Shown: positions 20,541 through 30,150 of the stretch, piece by piece
Position numbering within the stretch: position 1 is the first letter of the stretch
Layout: each line of letters opens with the position of its first letter
Assembly: GCA_965248265.1 (NCBI GenBank)
Contig: CBDFJF010000001.1
Coordinates: forward strand, 2,880,001-2,944,000
Reading direction: 5' to 3'
Length of the DNA: 64,000 nt
Source of the DNA: Candidatus Latescibacterota bacterium
Lineage (GTDB): Bacteria > Latescibacterota > UBA2968 > UBA8231
Notes under the pieces: model-generated
Told to the model about the DNA's origin: nothing
The model's input: only the letters and a program-made list of their open reading frames with translations
Databases searched by the model: none
Made by a program: the position numbers and the translations under genes

Positions 20541-21560
20541 ATGGGTCGAGTGCTCGAGCGTGGCGATCGGGTTCCAGATTTTGTGTCGGCGGATGCCAGC
20601 GGCACGCAGGCGCGGTTCTATGCACGCGCTGGGGGCAGGCCGACCATCCTTATCGTCCATGCAGACGTTGAGCGTGCAAAACTGGCGGTAACCGGGCTGC
20701 CAGAAGACTTCGATATCGTCGTCGTCTGCGTTGCCGCCGAGCTGGAAGATGGTAACCCATGGTTTCACGATCCGGATTCAATCGTCAGCGAAGCCCTCGG
20801 TGCAGGGGGTGAGGGACAGGGAGTAGCCTACACACTCGATTCGAACCTGCGCGTGCTGGAAGCGATCCTTCTCGACGATTCTTGTAACCGCCTGCCCGCA
20901 GACATTATCACTGCCGCTCTCGCGCAGGATGGAGTTGCAGAGGGGATCCAAGTCAGCTCCCAGGCTCCGGTTCTGTTGATCCCGCGCATTCTTGAGGAGG
21001 AGAAGTGTCGCTTTCTGATGGACCTGTGGGCGCAAGGCGGTCACGAGGAGACGGGGGTTGAGGCTTCGGCAGGCGGTGCGCGTAGGGAAGTGCTCTCTGA
21101 TGAGCACAAGCACCGGCGCGACCATACGGTGACCGACCCAAAACTCATCCGCTTGCTGACGTCGACGATCGGCCGACGGGTGGTCCCCGAAGTGAAGCGC
21201 GCCTTCGCCTATACAGCTACCCGTTTCGAGGGCTTCAAGATCGCCTGCTATGACGCCGAGTCGAGTGGTTTCTTTCATGCCCACCGGGACAACCTGAGCC
21301 CGGCGACGGCTCACCGGCAGTTTGCCCTGACCCTGGCTCTCAATGACGACTACGAGGGCGGATTCCTCCGCTTTCCAGAGTTTGGCCCCGATCTCTACCG
21401 TCTGGAGGTGGGTGCGGGTGTGGTTTTTTCATGCGCCCACTTACATGAAGTGACGGCTGTGACCGCCGGAAAGCGGTTCGCGCTGCTCACCTTTCTCTAC
21501 GACCAGGAACGTCACCAATCGAACGGCTCCGACATTCCCGCTGGCCGAGGTTCGGCATGA
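20541..21560 (+). CDS. Redoxin-like + 2OG-Fe(II) oxygenase fusion
   Basis: N-terminal GDRVPDF thioredoxin-like region; HRD, YEGGFLRFPEFG, LHEV, KRFALLTF. Confidence 0.82.
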   Translation: MGRVLERGDRVPDFVSADASGTQARFYARAGGRPTILIVHADVERAKLAVTGLPEDFDIVVVCVAAELEDGNPWFHDPDSIVSEALGAGGEGQGVAYTLDSNLRVLEAILLDDSCNRLPADIITAALAQDGVAEGIQVSSQAPVLLIPRILEEEKCRFLMDLWAQGGHEETGVEASAGGARREVLSDEHKHRRDHTVTDPKLIRLLTSTIGRRVVPEVKRAFAYTATRFEGFKIACYDAESSGFFHAHRDNLSPATAHRQFALTLALNDDYEGGFLRFPEFGPDLYRLEVGAGVVFSCAHLHEVTAVTAGKRFALLTFLYDQERHQSNGSDIPAGRGSA

Positions 21561-22873
21561 ACTCGATTACCCGGTTTTTCGAATTTGATCGGCTCGACAC
21601 AAATCTGAGAACCGAGGTTGTAGGCGGGGTCACGACGTTCGTCACGATGGCCTACATCATCGCCGTCAACCCGGGAATCCTGGCTCAGGCCATGGGGCAG
21701 GAGCTCTTCGGGGAACTCGTGTTCGCCACCTGTGTGGCGGCGGCACTGGCGACGCTCCTGATGGGGCTGGCAGCAAACTATCCCTTCGCACTGGCCCCCG
21801 GCATGGGCCTCAACGCCTTCTTCACCTTCTCCGTCGTCCTCGGCATGGGTGTCCGCTGGGAGGTCGCGCTTTCAGTCGTGCTCGCTTCGGGGCTTCTCTT
21901 TCTCCTTCTCTCGCTTGTTCGCCTGCGGGAGATCGTCATCCACGCCGTACCCGCTACGCTGAAGCACGCGACCGCAACCGGGATCGGACTTTTTATCGGA
22001 TTTATCGGTCTCAAGAACGCGGGTGTGATCGTCAGTAGTGATGCGACCTTCGTGGCACTGGGGCAGCTGCAGACTGGCCCCGTTGCCCTCGCCCTGATCG
22101 GGTTGATCGCAACGGCCGTGATGATGTCGAGAGGCTTCAAGGGAGCGATCCTGATTGGCGTGATCGGCGTGACCGTGCTGTCGGTACTGACCGGCGTCGC
22201 CGATGCGCCACGGGCATTCGTTGGGGTGCCTGTGTGGCCGGAGCATCTGATCGGGACGGCGTTGGAGAACCTGCACCTCGCCTTCGATCCTGCCCTGATC
22301 GCAGTCGTGTTCGCCTTCCTCTTCGTTGACCTGTTCGATACGATGGGGACCCTGGTTGGTCTTTCGCAGAGATCCGGATTCCTGGATGAACAGGGTAAGC
22401 TCCCACGCGCGAACCGCGCCCTGATGGCCGATTCACTCGGAACGGTAGGCGGGGCGTTGCTGGGCACGTCCCCCGTAACGACCTACATCGAGAGTGCGTC
22501 AGGGATAGCGGAGGGTGCCCGCACCGGTTTCGCGAACGTGGTCGTGGCCATTCTCTTTCTGCTGATGCTTTTTCTAACCCCGCTTGTCGAAGCCATTCCC
22601 GTGTTCGCGACAGCGCCGGCATTGATCGTCGTCGGGGTGCTGATGGCTTCGTCCGTGACCCGCATTCAGTGGGATGACGTATCGGACGCAGTGCCCGCAT
22701 TCATGACCATTCTGGTGATGCCCTTGACCTTCAGCATCGCACATGGTGTTGCCGCCGGTATCGTGACCTACCCGATCATCAAGCGGTTGAGCGGGAAGGG
22801 AAGTGAGGTGCATGTCTTGATCGATGGTCTGGCCGTCGTCTTCATCCTGCGGTATCTGTTGCTCGAAGCCTGA
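21557..22873 (+). CDS. NCS2/AzgA family purine permease
   Basis: TTFVTMAYII, APGMGLNAFF, DLFDTMGT, TYIESASG, GARTG. Confidence 0.93.
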   Translation: MNSITRFFEFDRLDTNLRTEVVGGVTTFVTMAYIIAVNPGILAQAMGQELFGELVFATCVAAALATLLMGLAANYPFALAPGMGLNAFFTFSVVLGMGVRWEVALSVVLASGLLFLLLSLVRLREIVIHAVPATLKHATATGIGLFIGFIGLKNAGVIVSSDATFVALGQLQTGPVALALIGLIATAVMMSRGFKGAILIGVIGVTVLSVLTGVADAPRAFVGVPVWPEHLIGTALENLHLAFDPALIAVVFAFLFVDLFDTMGTLVGLSQRSGFLDEQGKLPRANRALMADSLGTVGGALLGTSPVTTYIESASGIAEGARTGFANVVVAILFLLMLFLTPLVEAIPVFATAPALIVVGVLMASSVTRIQWDDVSDAVPAFMTILVMPLTFSIAHGVAAGIVTYPIIKRLSGKGSEVHVLIDGLAVVFILRYLLLEA

Positions 22874-22998
22874 GACGAGATCAACTGCCTATCCGCGCGA
22901 CCACGTTTCCAGTTCCCGTAAGTTCCAACGGGCATCCTCGACATGTCGTTCCCTGTTCCGCATACTGATATCTACATCCTGCACCAACGGAGACTGAA

Positions 22999-23787
22999 AT
23001 GGCAGACGACATCCTCGTGGAACGACAAGACGGCATCGCCACCGTCACCTTCAACCGGCCCGAGCAACGCAACGCCATCAACTACGAGGGTTGGCTTACC
23101 CTTCAGCGCCTTGCCGCCGAGTTGGGTAGCGACGACTCGGTCCGTGTCATCGTCTTCGCGGGCTCCGGCGAGAAGGCCTTCTCTGCCGGGGCCGATATCA
23201 AGGACTTCGAGGAGCACCGCAACAGTACTGCCAATGCACGGCGCTATGCTGAGGCTTTCGAGGGTGCGCTGGATGCGATCGGCGACATACCCAAACCGAC
23301 CATTTCCCGCATCCACGGGTTTTGTGTCGGTGGCGGCTGTGAGTTTTCTACCGCCACCGATATCCGCATCGCCGCCGACAACAGCCGCTTCGGCGTTCCG
23401 GTCGCTCGCTTGAGCCTGCTCGCCGGATACATCGAGATGCGTCGCCTCATCAACCTGGTCGGGGCAGGCCCGGCGTCCTATCTGCTGTTGAGTGCAAGAT
23501 TGATAGACGCTGAGGAGGCATTGCGGATCGGGCTGGTTACCCAGATCGTTCCCCTCGCCGATCTGCGGAGGTACACCGATCAGCTTGCCGGCGAGATGGC
23601 CGCACTCGCCCCGCTGTCTCAGAAATGCACCAAGGAGCTGATGCGGATCATCCTGCAGAACCCGGGACTGAAGGAGCTCACCCCGGAGGAAGCCGACCTC
23701 CCCTACGCCATCTTCGACAGTCAGGATTTCCGCGAGGGACGCGACGCGTTTGTCGAACGACGCACGCCTTTGTTCAAAGGGAAGTAG
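22999..23787 (+). CDS. Enoyl-CoA hydratase/isomerase family protein
   Basis: NRPEQRNA, AFSAGADI, GFCVGGG, DFREGRDAF. Confidence 0.92.
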   Translation: MADDILVERQDGIATVTFNRPEQRNAINYEGWLTLQRLAAELGSDDSVRVIVFAGSGEKAFSAGADIKDFEEHRNSTANARRYAEAFEGALDAIGDIPKPTISRIHGFCVGGGCEFSTATDIRIAADNSRFGVPVARLSLLAGYIEMRRLINLVGAGPASYLLLSARLIDAEEALRIGLVTQIVPLADLRRYTDQLAGEMAALAPLSQKCTKELMRIILQNPGLKELTPEEADLPYAIFDSQDFREGRDAFVERRTPLFKGK

Positions 23788-23790
23788 GCG

Positions 23791-24978
23791 ATGGAACTCC
23801 CCCTCGATGGAGTCAAAGTCCTCGACTATACCCAGATCATGGCCGGGCCGTTTTGCGGCATGCTGCTGGCCGACATGGGGGCTGACGTCATCAAGGTCGA
23901 GAAACCCGGCGGCGACGATTCGCGGCGCATGGCTCCACCCTTCATCGAAGGCGAGTCGGCTGCCTTCCTCGCCATCAATCGCAACAAACGAGGTGTCGTC
24001 CTCGATCTCAAAGTTGAAGGAGCCCGTAAGGCACTGCACCGCATGGTCGCCGAATCGGATGTGCTCATACAGAACTTCCGGCGCGGCACGCTGGAGCGGT
24101 TCGGTCTGGGGTACGAAGATGCCCGGGAGTTGAATCCGGCCCTCATCTACTGCCATATCACCGGCTTCGGGGCCACCGGCCCTTACCGCGACCGCCCCGG
24201 CTTCGACCTGGTGACACAGGGCATGAGCGGGATGATGACGGCGACCGGCCACCCGGACCAGGCGCCGGTCAAGGTCGGGGTACCGATCACAGACCTGAAT
24301 GCCGGTTTCTACGGAGCCTACGGAACGCTGTGCGCTTACATCAGCAGACTCAAGACGGGCAAAGGTCAGTTCGTCGATACTTCCCTGTTGGAAGGCGGCA
24401 TTGCCTATTCCGTGTGGGAGTCAGCGATGTACTTCGCCACTGGCGAGAACACAGGCCCGATGGGGTCAGCCCATCGGCTCTCCGCCCCGTACCAGGCGTT
24501 CCGGACTTCGGACGGCCACCTCAACATCGGCGCCGCCAACCAGGCCAACTGGGAACGGCTGTGTGCCGCCATCGACCGTGAGGACTTGCTGGAGGATCCG
24601 CGTTTCGCCAGCAATCCCGATCGCATGGTGAACCTGAAAGCCCTCGCCGAGACCCTGGATGAAACATTCGCATTGAAACCGACCGCTGAGTGGCTGGAGA
24701 TCCTGGAGCATGCCGGCGTTCCAAGCGGTCCCATCTACAGTTTTTCAGAGGTCTACGACGACCCGCACGTGAAGGCGCGCTGCATGGAGGTAGAATCAGA
24801 CCACGCCACCGCGGGACGCGTTCGCAACATCGGCATCCCGGTGAAGCTGTCCGAGACCCCGGGGTCCATTCGCAGGTCAGCGCCGGCTCTGGGTCAGCAC
24901 ACGGATGAAATACTGGGTGAGTTTGGGTACAGCGAGACAGAGATCGATCAGCTGCGGGACAGCGGTGCCTTGGGATGA
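23791..24978 (+). CDS. CoA-transferase family III (CaiB/BaiF)
   Basis: PLDGVKVLD, AGPFCGMLLADMGADVIKVE, NRNKR, QNFR, APALGQHT. Confidence 0.95.
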   Translation: MELPLDGVKVLDYTQIMAGPFCGMLLADMGADVIKVEKPGGDDSRRMAPPFIEGESAAFLAINRNKRGVVLDLKVEGARKALHRMVAESDVLIQNFRRGTLERFGLGYEDARELNPALIYCHITGFGATGPYRDRPGFDLVTQGMSGMMTATGHPDQAPVKVGVPITDLNAGFYGAYGTLCAYISRLKTGKGQFVDTSLLEGGIAYSVWESAMYFATGENTGPMGSAHRLSAPYQAFRTSDGHLNIGAANQANWERLCAAIDREDLLEDPRFASNPDRMVNLKALAETLDETFALKPTAEWLEILEHAGVPSGPIYSFSEVYDDPHVKARCMEVESDHATAGRVRNIGIPVKLSETPGSIRRSAPALGQHTDEILGEFGYSETEIDQLRDSGALG

Positions 24979-24982
24979 GCAC

Positions 24983-26098
24983 CTACCGCGTGTAGTCCCG
25001 CAGCTTCTCCATGTAATTCACCCTGTCGGACTCCTTCTTGTCCAGCGGCACACCGCGTCCCAGGATGACGGTCTGGTCGCGGTCCTCCAGCGGCAGTCGC
25101 ACTGGAACATGACCGCGCCGATGTGACTCCCGTAGTGCGATCGTCGTCTCCAGTGTCTTGCGGCCATTGTCCCCGTTGCCTCGGGGCTCGATGCCTTTTT
25201 CAACGGCCTCTATCAGAGATTCTACCGTGTGAAGACAGCGCGTTCCCGGATGACGCCACCCTTCGTTGTCGTACTCCCCCACCGTGATGCCCTGGAAAGA
25301 CTCCTGAGGAAACAAGCCCTCGATTTCAGAGAGCTTGGACCAATACGGCTGGCCATCGTCTTCCTTACGCATGCGCATGTACCGGTGATCGCTCTCGAAG
25401 ACCCCCTTCGCGCACACCACTTCGATTCCGTTTCGTGCGCCTTGCCGGCGATGAAGATAGCCGTCTATGCCATTGGTGAAACGCAAATGACCTGAGTAGC
25501 CGCCCGTGTCGTAGTCGCTGACTGCATCTTCGTGGACCCAACCGGTAACCCAGGCAACATCGGCATCGAAGGCGAACATCCGCATCAGGCTGAGGCCCTG
25601 CACGTCCCAGCGTCTGGCACTTACCGAAAAGCAGGTAACGCTGAGCACCTCGCCCAACTCGCCGCTCTCCAGAATCTCACGCGCCTTCCAGTAGTAGGAC
25701 CAGTTGCGTTCGACATCCCCACAGGCGTACCACACACCGTTGGCTTTGCAGGCTGCCACCATCGCGTCGGCATCCGAGAGCTTTTCGGCAATCGGCTTCT
25801 CGCTCTGGATCGCTTTGATCCCCCCGGCTCGAGCGCAGTCGATGACAATTCCGGCGTTGTTGCGCGGGTTCAGGATCGCCGAGGCAATATCAAACTCTTC
25901 CTTCTCGAGCAGTTCGCGGTGATCGGGGTACCCTGGCACATCGAAGCGCTCGCAAAACAATGCCAGGTTTTCCTCATCCGGGTCGGCGGCTGCCACGATC
26001 CGTGAACGCCCGAACAGCACATGGCTGCGTGCGTGGGAAGTCCCTTTCTGACCGCAACCTATCTGGGCTACGCGATGCAGCTGCTTCCCTTCCGTCAC
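24983..26098 (-). CDS. Gfo/Idh/MocA family oxidoreductase
   Basis: VAQIGCG, SEKPIA, ESGELGEV, RESHRRG. Confidence 0.85.
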   Translation of the reverse strand: MTEGKQLHRVAQIGCGQKGTSHARSHVLFGRSRIVAAADPDEENLALFCERFDVPGYPDHRELLEKEEFDIASAILNPRNNAGIVIDCARAGGIKAIQSEKPIAEKLSDADAMVAACKANGVWYACGDVERNWSYYWKAREILESGELGEVLSVTCFSVSARRWDVQGLSLMRMFAFDADVAWVTGWVHEDAVSDYDTGGYSGHLRFTNGIDGYLHRRQGARNGIEVVCAKGVFESDHRYMRMRKEDDGQPYWSKLSEIEGLFPQESFQGITVGEYDNEGWRHPGTRCLHTVESLIEAVEKGIEPRGNGDNGRKTLETTIALRESHRRGHVPVRLPLEDRDQTVILGRGVPLDKKESDRVNYMEKLRDYTR

Positions 26099-26445
26099 TG
26101 GCTCACAGCTCCCTCACCCTGTCTATCCCCGGAGCCTCCAACCGCGCCGCCATCTTCTCCCTCACCGGTCCAGCGTTCGCCATTTGCTCTCGGCTATAGA
26201 CGTACGGCGAATCCTTGCCATCCAGAAGCGTGTTCATCATGTCCCTGATTCCCCTCTGTGCTATGACATCCCCGAAAGGACATGGCTCAACTCTTTCCCT
26301 CAATCATTTCCTTTGGTACGAAGCATTAACGAGCCTTGCAGCCGGAAGGTCAAGCAGCAAGATCCCAACAGTTTGCGCCGTACCATGCTCCCATCGTTCA
26401 TTTTGCAACCCACAATCATCATCATCATTCGCGTGAGGACTATTC

Positions 26446-27570
26446 ATGCCGATCGTTGATCGGGGTACCGTCTATCGTGGTCCAGCCGACACCGACTATC
26501 AGTGCGCCAGTGGGCCGGTCATTGTGGTGACGCCCGGCGGCAGATGGTTGTGCTCCCTCCGGACGACGCCGAACAAGGGCGCCGGGGACGGCCTGGTGCT
26601 GTTGACCTGGTCTGATGATGAGGGGAAATCCTGGTGCGAACCGAAGCGAATCTTCGTCGCGCCAAAACTCGACGGCCGGCGCGGTGATTTTCGCGGTATC
26701 AAAATGACCCTTCTGGAGGATGGTCACCTGCTCGCCGCCATCAAGTGGGTCGACCGCTCGGACCCAAAGCGCAAGCTGTTCTCAGACAGTGACGGCGGCG
26801 TCCAGGGTGGCCGCTTCTTCCTCAGTCGTTCATTGGATAACGGCGAGACCTGGTCTGAGCCGCGACAGCTGCCGCCGTTCGAGTTCGACGAATCCGTGAC
26901 TGGTCCGACAGCGCCAGTGTTGCGCTTGGCCAACGGCGATCTCGCCTTTCCGATCGAGCTCAGCAAACCGCAGGGCGACGATTCGCCATCCCGTCACTTC
27001 GCCGCCATGATGTTTTCGCCCGACGAGGGTGAGACGTGGCCCGAACACGCCATCATCGCCCACGACCCCTCGCATCGGATTTTCTACTGGGACCACCGGC
27101 CCGTGCTGCTGCCCAATGGCAATCTGTTGAATCTGTTCTGGACCTTCGACAATCAAGAGGGAGTCTACCGGAACATGCACGCGAGCCGGTCCGCCGATCA
27201 CGGCCGCACCTGGTCGCCACTGTGGAACACTGGATTGGCGGGTCAGGCCGGCCCACCGCTGTGTCTGCATGACAACCGAGTCGCCCTGGTGTACGTGGAC
27301 CGAACCGCGACGCCTGCCATCAAACTCCGGATCAGCGACGATGATGGAGCCTCTTGGCCGGATGATACCGAGTTGACGCTCTATGATTCCGAAAAGCAAC
27401 CGTCAACGAGCGGTAAGCGTGACCTCAAGAAAGCCTGGAGCGAGATGTACGAGTTTTCCGTCGGCTTGCCGACCATTACAGAAACCGCGTCAGGTGATAT
27501 CGTCGCCGCCTACTATGCCGGTCCCGAGGCTGACCAGACTGGCATTGAATGGGTCCGCATCAGCGCCTAG
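26446..27570 (+). CDS. BNR/Asp-box (sialidase-like) protein
   Basis: Five Asp-boxes: SDDEGKSW, SLDNGETW, SPDEGETW, SADHGRTW, SDDDGASW. Confidence 0.87.
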   Translation: MPIVDRGTVYRGPADTDYQCASGPVIVVTPGGRWLCSLRTTPNKGAGDGLVLLTWSDDEGKSWCEPKRIFVAPKLDGRRGDFRGIKMTLLEDGHLLAAIKWVDRSDPKRKLFSDSDGGVQGGRFFLSRSLDNGETWSEPRQLPPFEFDESVTGPTAPVLRLANGDLAFPIELSKPQGDDSPSRHFAAMMFSPDEGETWPEHAIIAHDPSHRIFYWDHRPVLLPNGNLLNLFWTFDNQEGVYRNMHASRSADHGRTWSPLWNTGLAGQAGPPLCLHDNRVALVYVDRTATPAIKLRISDDDGASWPDDTELTLYDSEKQPSTSGKRDLKKAWSEMYEFSVGLPTITETASGDIVAAYYAGPEADQTGIEWVRISA

Positions 27571-27594
27571 CTCGCCGGCTCTGCCAAGCAGCTT

Positions 27595-28086
27595 TTACGG
27601 CAATTGGCAGTACGCGGTCGAATCGTCGAGATCCACTTTCACCGTGCACTTCTTCATCTTCACAGGTCCGGTGGCTTCCGGCGGCTGCAGGTTGGCCATG
27701 TGACCATCCTGGGGAGCGAAGATGAAGAAGGTTCCGGGACGGGCGCGGATCAGATCGCCGTCCCCAGTGCCGAAGACGTAGTCCTCGTCGTCGTTATACT
27801 CCTCCAGCTTCAGCTGGCTGATGTGCGCCCAACCGCACAGGGTCTCGCCCTCGATGAAATGCTGCACGTCTATCGACCGCCGATGGAACTCGTACTTGGC
27901 GCCCTCGATCGGCCTCGATTCGAAATTGCTGCGCACCGCCCGCAGGCCATCCTGCTCCAGGTCGAACACGAAGCTGCCTTCTTCCAGGTCGTCGAAATCG
28001 TCATCCTGGAGGTATCGCAGTGCGGCCTCTATCCGCGGGCCGAGACCGTAATAATTGTGAGCGTTGCTGAGGTAATCGATGATCAT
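27595..28086 (-). CDS. YhcH/YjgK/YiaL (NanQ-like) family protein
   Basis: MIIDYL, EFHRRSIDVQ, GTFFIFAPQDGHM, KCTVKV. Confidence 0.88.
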   Translation of the reverse strand: MIIDYLSNAHNYYGLGPRIEAALRYLQDDDFDDLEEGSFVFDLEQDGLRAVRSNFESRPIEGAKYEFHRRSIDVQHFIEGETLCGWAHISQLKLEEYNDDEDYVFGTGDGDLIRARPGTFFIFAPQDGHMANLQPPEATGPVKMKKCTVKVDLDDSTAYCQLP

Positions 28087-28117
28087 CCTGGGCCCTCATC
28101 TGATGCAATTCTTGATG

Positions 28118-28876
28118 TCATGAACCGACTTCGACCGCGTGAAACGGCTCACTCCCTTCGAGCCGCCGTTCCCAGTCGTTTACCCCTGGTTCGGGAATAC
28201 CGAACAGTTGACGCCGATCGTGCGATCGTGTCATCGACAGCCGAATATGGTCGGGGAAATCCCGGTAGTCGTACTTCGTCCGCATCCACGAGTGGACGTA
28301 TGAGTACTCGAGTACCTTTCGATCCTTGTTGCTGCGGTTGTGAAAGCGCGCGTGCCAGCAGTAGCCGTTGAACAGAACCGCATCCCCGGCCTTGGCCACC
28401 AGCTTGACGTGATGGGGCATGTCCTCGTGCTCGGCGATGTCGGGTAGCGGGTGTCCCATCTCGAAGCGGTGGCTGCCGGGAACTATGGCCAGGGTGGCGC
28501 CATTCTCGGGCACATCAACTAGGTACACGTACACCTTGGTCATGATCAGCGAGTCTGCCAGGTTCACGCCGTTGATATGGCTGAGATCGCAGTGCCAGCC
28601 GCCACCCGAGTCCGACAGCGCCTCCCGCACCCCACCAAAGGCGTAGCGCAGCTGCACGTCCTCACCGACTACTGCGCGCACGATCGGGAAGATGGCGGGA
28701 TGATCAACCATGTCGACGAAAACCTCATCCTGGCCCAGGACCTCGTACAGCGCCTCGTTCTCGGCTGCTCGATCGAGGGCCGTTCCTACCCGTTCGACCT
28801 CTGCTTGGGACAGGGCGCCGGGGATGTAGACGAACCCCTGCGAGTCGTACTGCTGCCTGGCTTGCTCAGCCGTCAT
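28118..28876 (-). CDS. Phytanoyl-CoA dioxygenase (PhyH) family protein
   Basis: YDSQGFV, WHCD, IVPGSH, WHAR (HxD...H triad intact). Confidence 0.88.
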   Translation of the reverse strand: MTAEQARQQYDSQGFVYIPGALSQAEVERVGTALDRAAENEALYEVLGQDEVFVDMVDHPAIFPIVRAVVGEDVQLRYAFGGVREALSDSGGGWHCDLSHINGVNLADSLIMTKVYVYLVDVPENGATLAIVPGSHRFEMGHPLPDIAEHEDMPHHVKLVAKAGDAVLFNGYCWHARFHNRSNKDRKVLEYSYVHSWMRTKYDYRDFPDHIRLSMTRSHDRRQLFGIPEPGVNDWERRLEGSEPFHAVEVGS

Positions 28877-28885
28877 GGCGGCCTG

Positions 28886-29698
28886 TCAGTGATTGGGTTC
28901 GATGCCCTTGCCGACCGAACTCAACGGCGAATATCGCCTAGCCGGCAGACCATTCGAGCTCGGGTGCCCTGTAACCGTGGCATCCCAGTAGCGCCGTTCG
29001 GGCGTGATACCGAAAAGCGACGCCAGATTGCCCGTCGACATCATCGTCGCGCGTGCTTCTGAGGTGAACTCGGGCAACGCCTGCCGCATCCAGCAGTGGA
29101 TGTAGGCGTACTCCAGCCGTCGCAGTCGCGATTCGCTTTCGTGGTGCATGCGTGCCTGCCAGATGTTGCCGTGCAGGATCACGGCCGAACCCGCCTTGAG
29201 GCGCAGCGGACAATGGTTGGGCATCTCGTCAATGCGAGTGATGTCCGGGAACGGCAAGTCGGCTTTGAACAGATGGCTCACCGGCACCACGGAGAGGCAA
29301 CCTCCCTCTTCGTCGCAGTTATCTAGCAATACGAACAACTGCGTGCACATGTTGGAGGCGGAGTGGTTGACTCCGAGCATGCTCGCCACTTCCCGGTGCC
29401 ATCCCCTGCCCTTTACGCCGGACTCTGACGATGTACCCTTGACCGAACGAACCGCCACATCGTCCGACATGACGCCGTGGATGATCGGAAACAGAGCAGG
29501 ATGCTCGGCGAGGTGGATGAACGCGTCGTCTTGATTGGGTAGATCATCCAGGGCCTCCGCCGAGGCGGCCGTGTCGAACGCTGCTGCGATCGATTCCAGC
29601 TCATCAGCCCGTAGTGCGTCTTCGACGACGAGAAAACCCTGGCCCTCGTAGTCGGTTTGTTGTTGCTCCGTCCTTGGCCGCCTTCCCGCGTGCTCCAA
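28886..29698 (-). CDS. PhyH family paralog with degenerate iron ligands; native start probably deleted
   Basis: YEGQGFLVV, WHRE, VVPVSH, WQAR; colinear with the downstream paralog; only an in-frame TTG start remains. Confidence 0.7.
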   Translation of the reverse strand: MEHAGRRPRTEQQQTDYEGQGFLVVEDALRADELESIAAAFDTAASAEALDDLPNQDDAFIHLAEHPALFPIIHGVMSDDVAVRSVKGTSSESGVKGRGWHREVASMLGVNHSASNMCTQLFVLLDNCDEEGGCLSVVPVSHLFKADLPFPDITRIDEMPNHCPLRLKAGSAVILHGNIWQARMHHESESRLRRLEYAYIHCWMRQALPEFTSEARATMMSTGNLASLFGITPERRYWDATVTGHPSSNGLPARRYSPLSSVGKGIEPNH

Positions 29699-30066
29699 TG
29701 CTTGGGCATGCTGGCGTAGTCGCCCAGACGCAGACTGGCGATGAACTCCATGTCCTTGTCGTGGGCGCGGTCGATGAGCACTTTGAGCGGACTCAAGCCG
29801 CGCTCGACCAGGCTACTCAGACATTGGTAGGCTCTCCAGGCATAGTGGGTGCTGAAGGTGTCGAGGTTGGACCCGAACATCGTGCTCGCCTTGGTGTCGT
29901 AGAACAGCCCATCGTTGCGGGCCACGCCATAGATGAAGGTGTCGACGGCGGTGCCGGCTACCTGGTCCACTGGCACCCAGGCGTCGTGCAGATCCATCGG
30001 CGGCTCGAAGTTCCACAGGTAGAAATGGCGCGCGTCGTCAAAGTAGATGGTGCGTCGTTTTGGCAT
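29672..30066 (-). pseudogene. N-terminal fragment of a GHL10/DUF187-like glycoside-hydrolase TIM barrel
   Basis: MPKRRTIYFDDARH, VDQVAGTAVDTFIYG, LKVLIDRAHDKDMEFIASLRL; homology stops after ...GGQG and runs out of frame into the PhyH gene. Confidence 0.7.
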
Positions 30067-30150
30067 CACCGTTTCTCGGTAACGAGTGGTGGAGGTAATC
30101 TGGTGCCGATAATGTGGTTTCAAGTCCTCTAACTGTCGAGATCAGACACC

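Noticed and set aside
26103-26303. 66-aa ORF upstream of a Gfo/Idh/MocA gene
   Set aside because: No recognisable family and the nearby ATG is out of frame; it may be a remnant but is unsupported.
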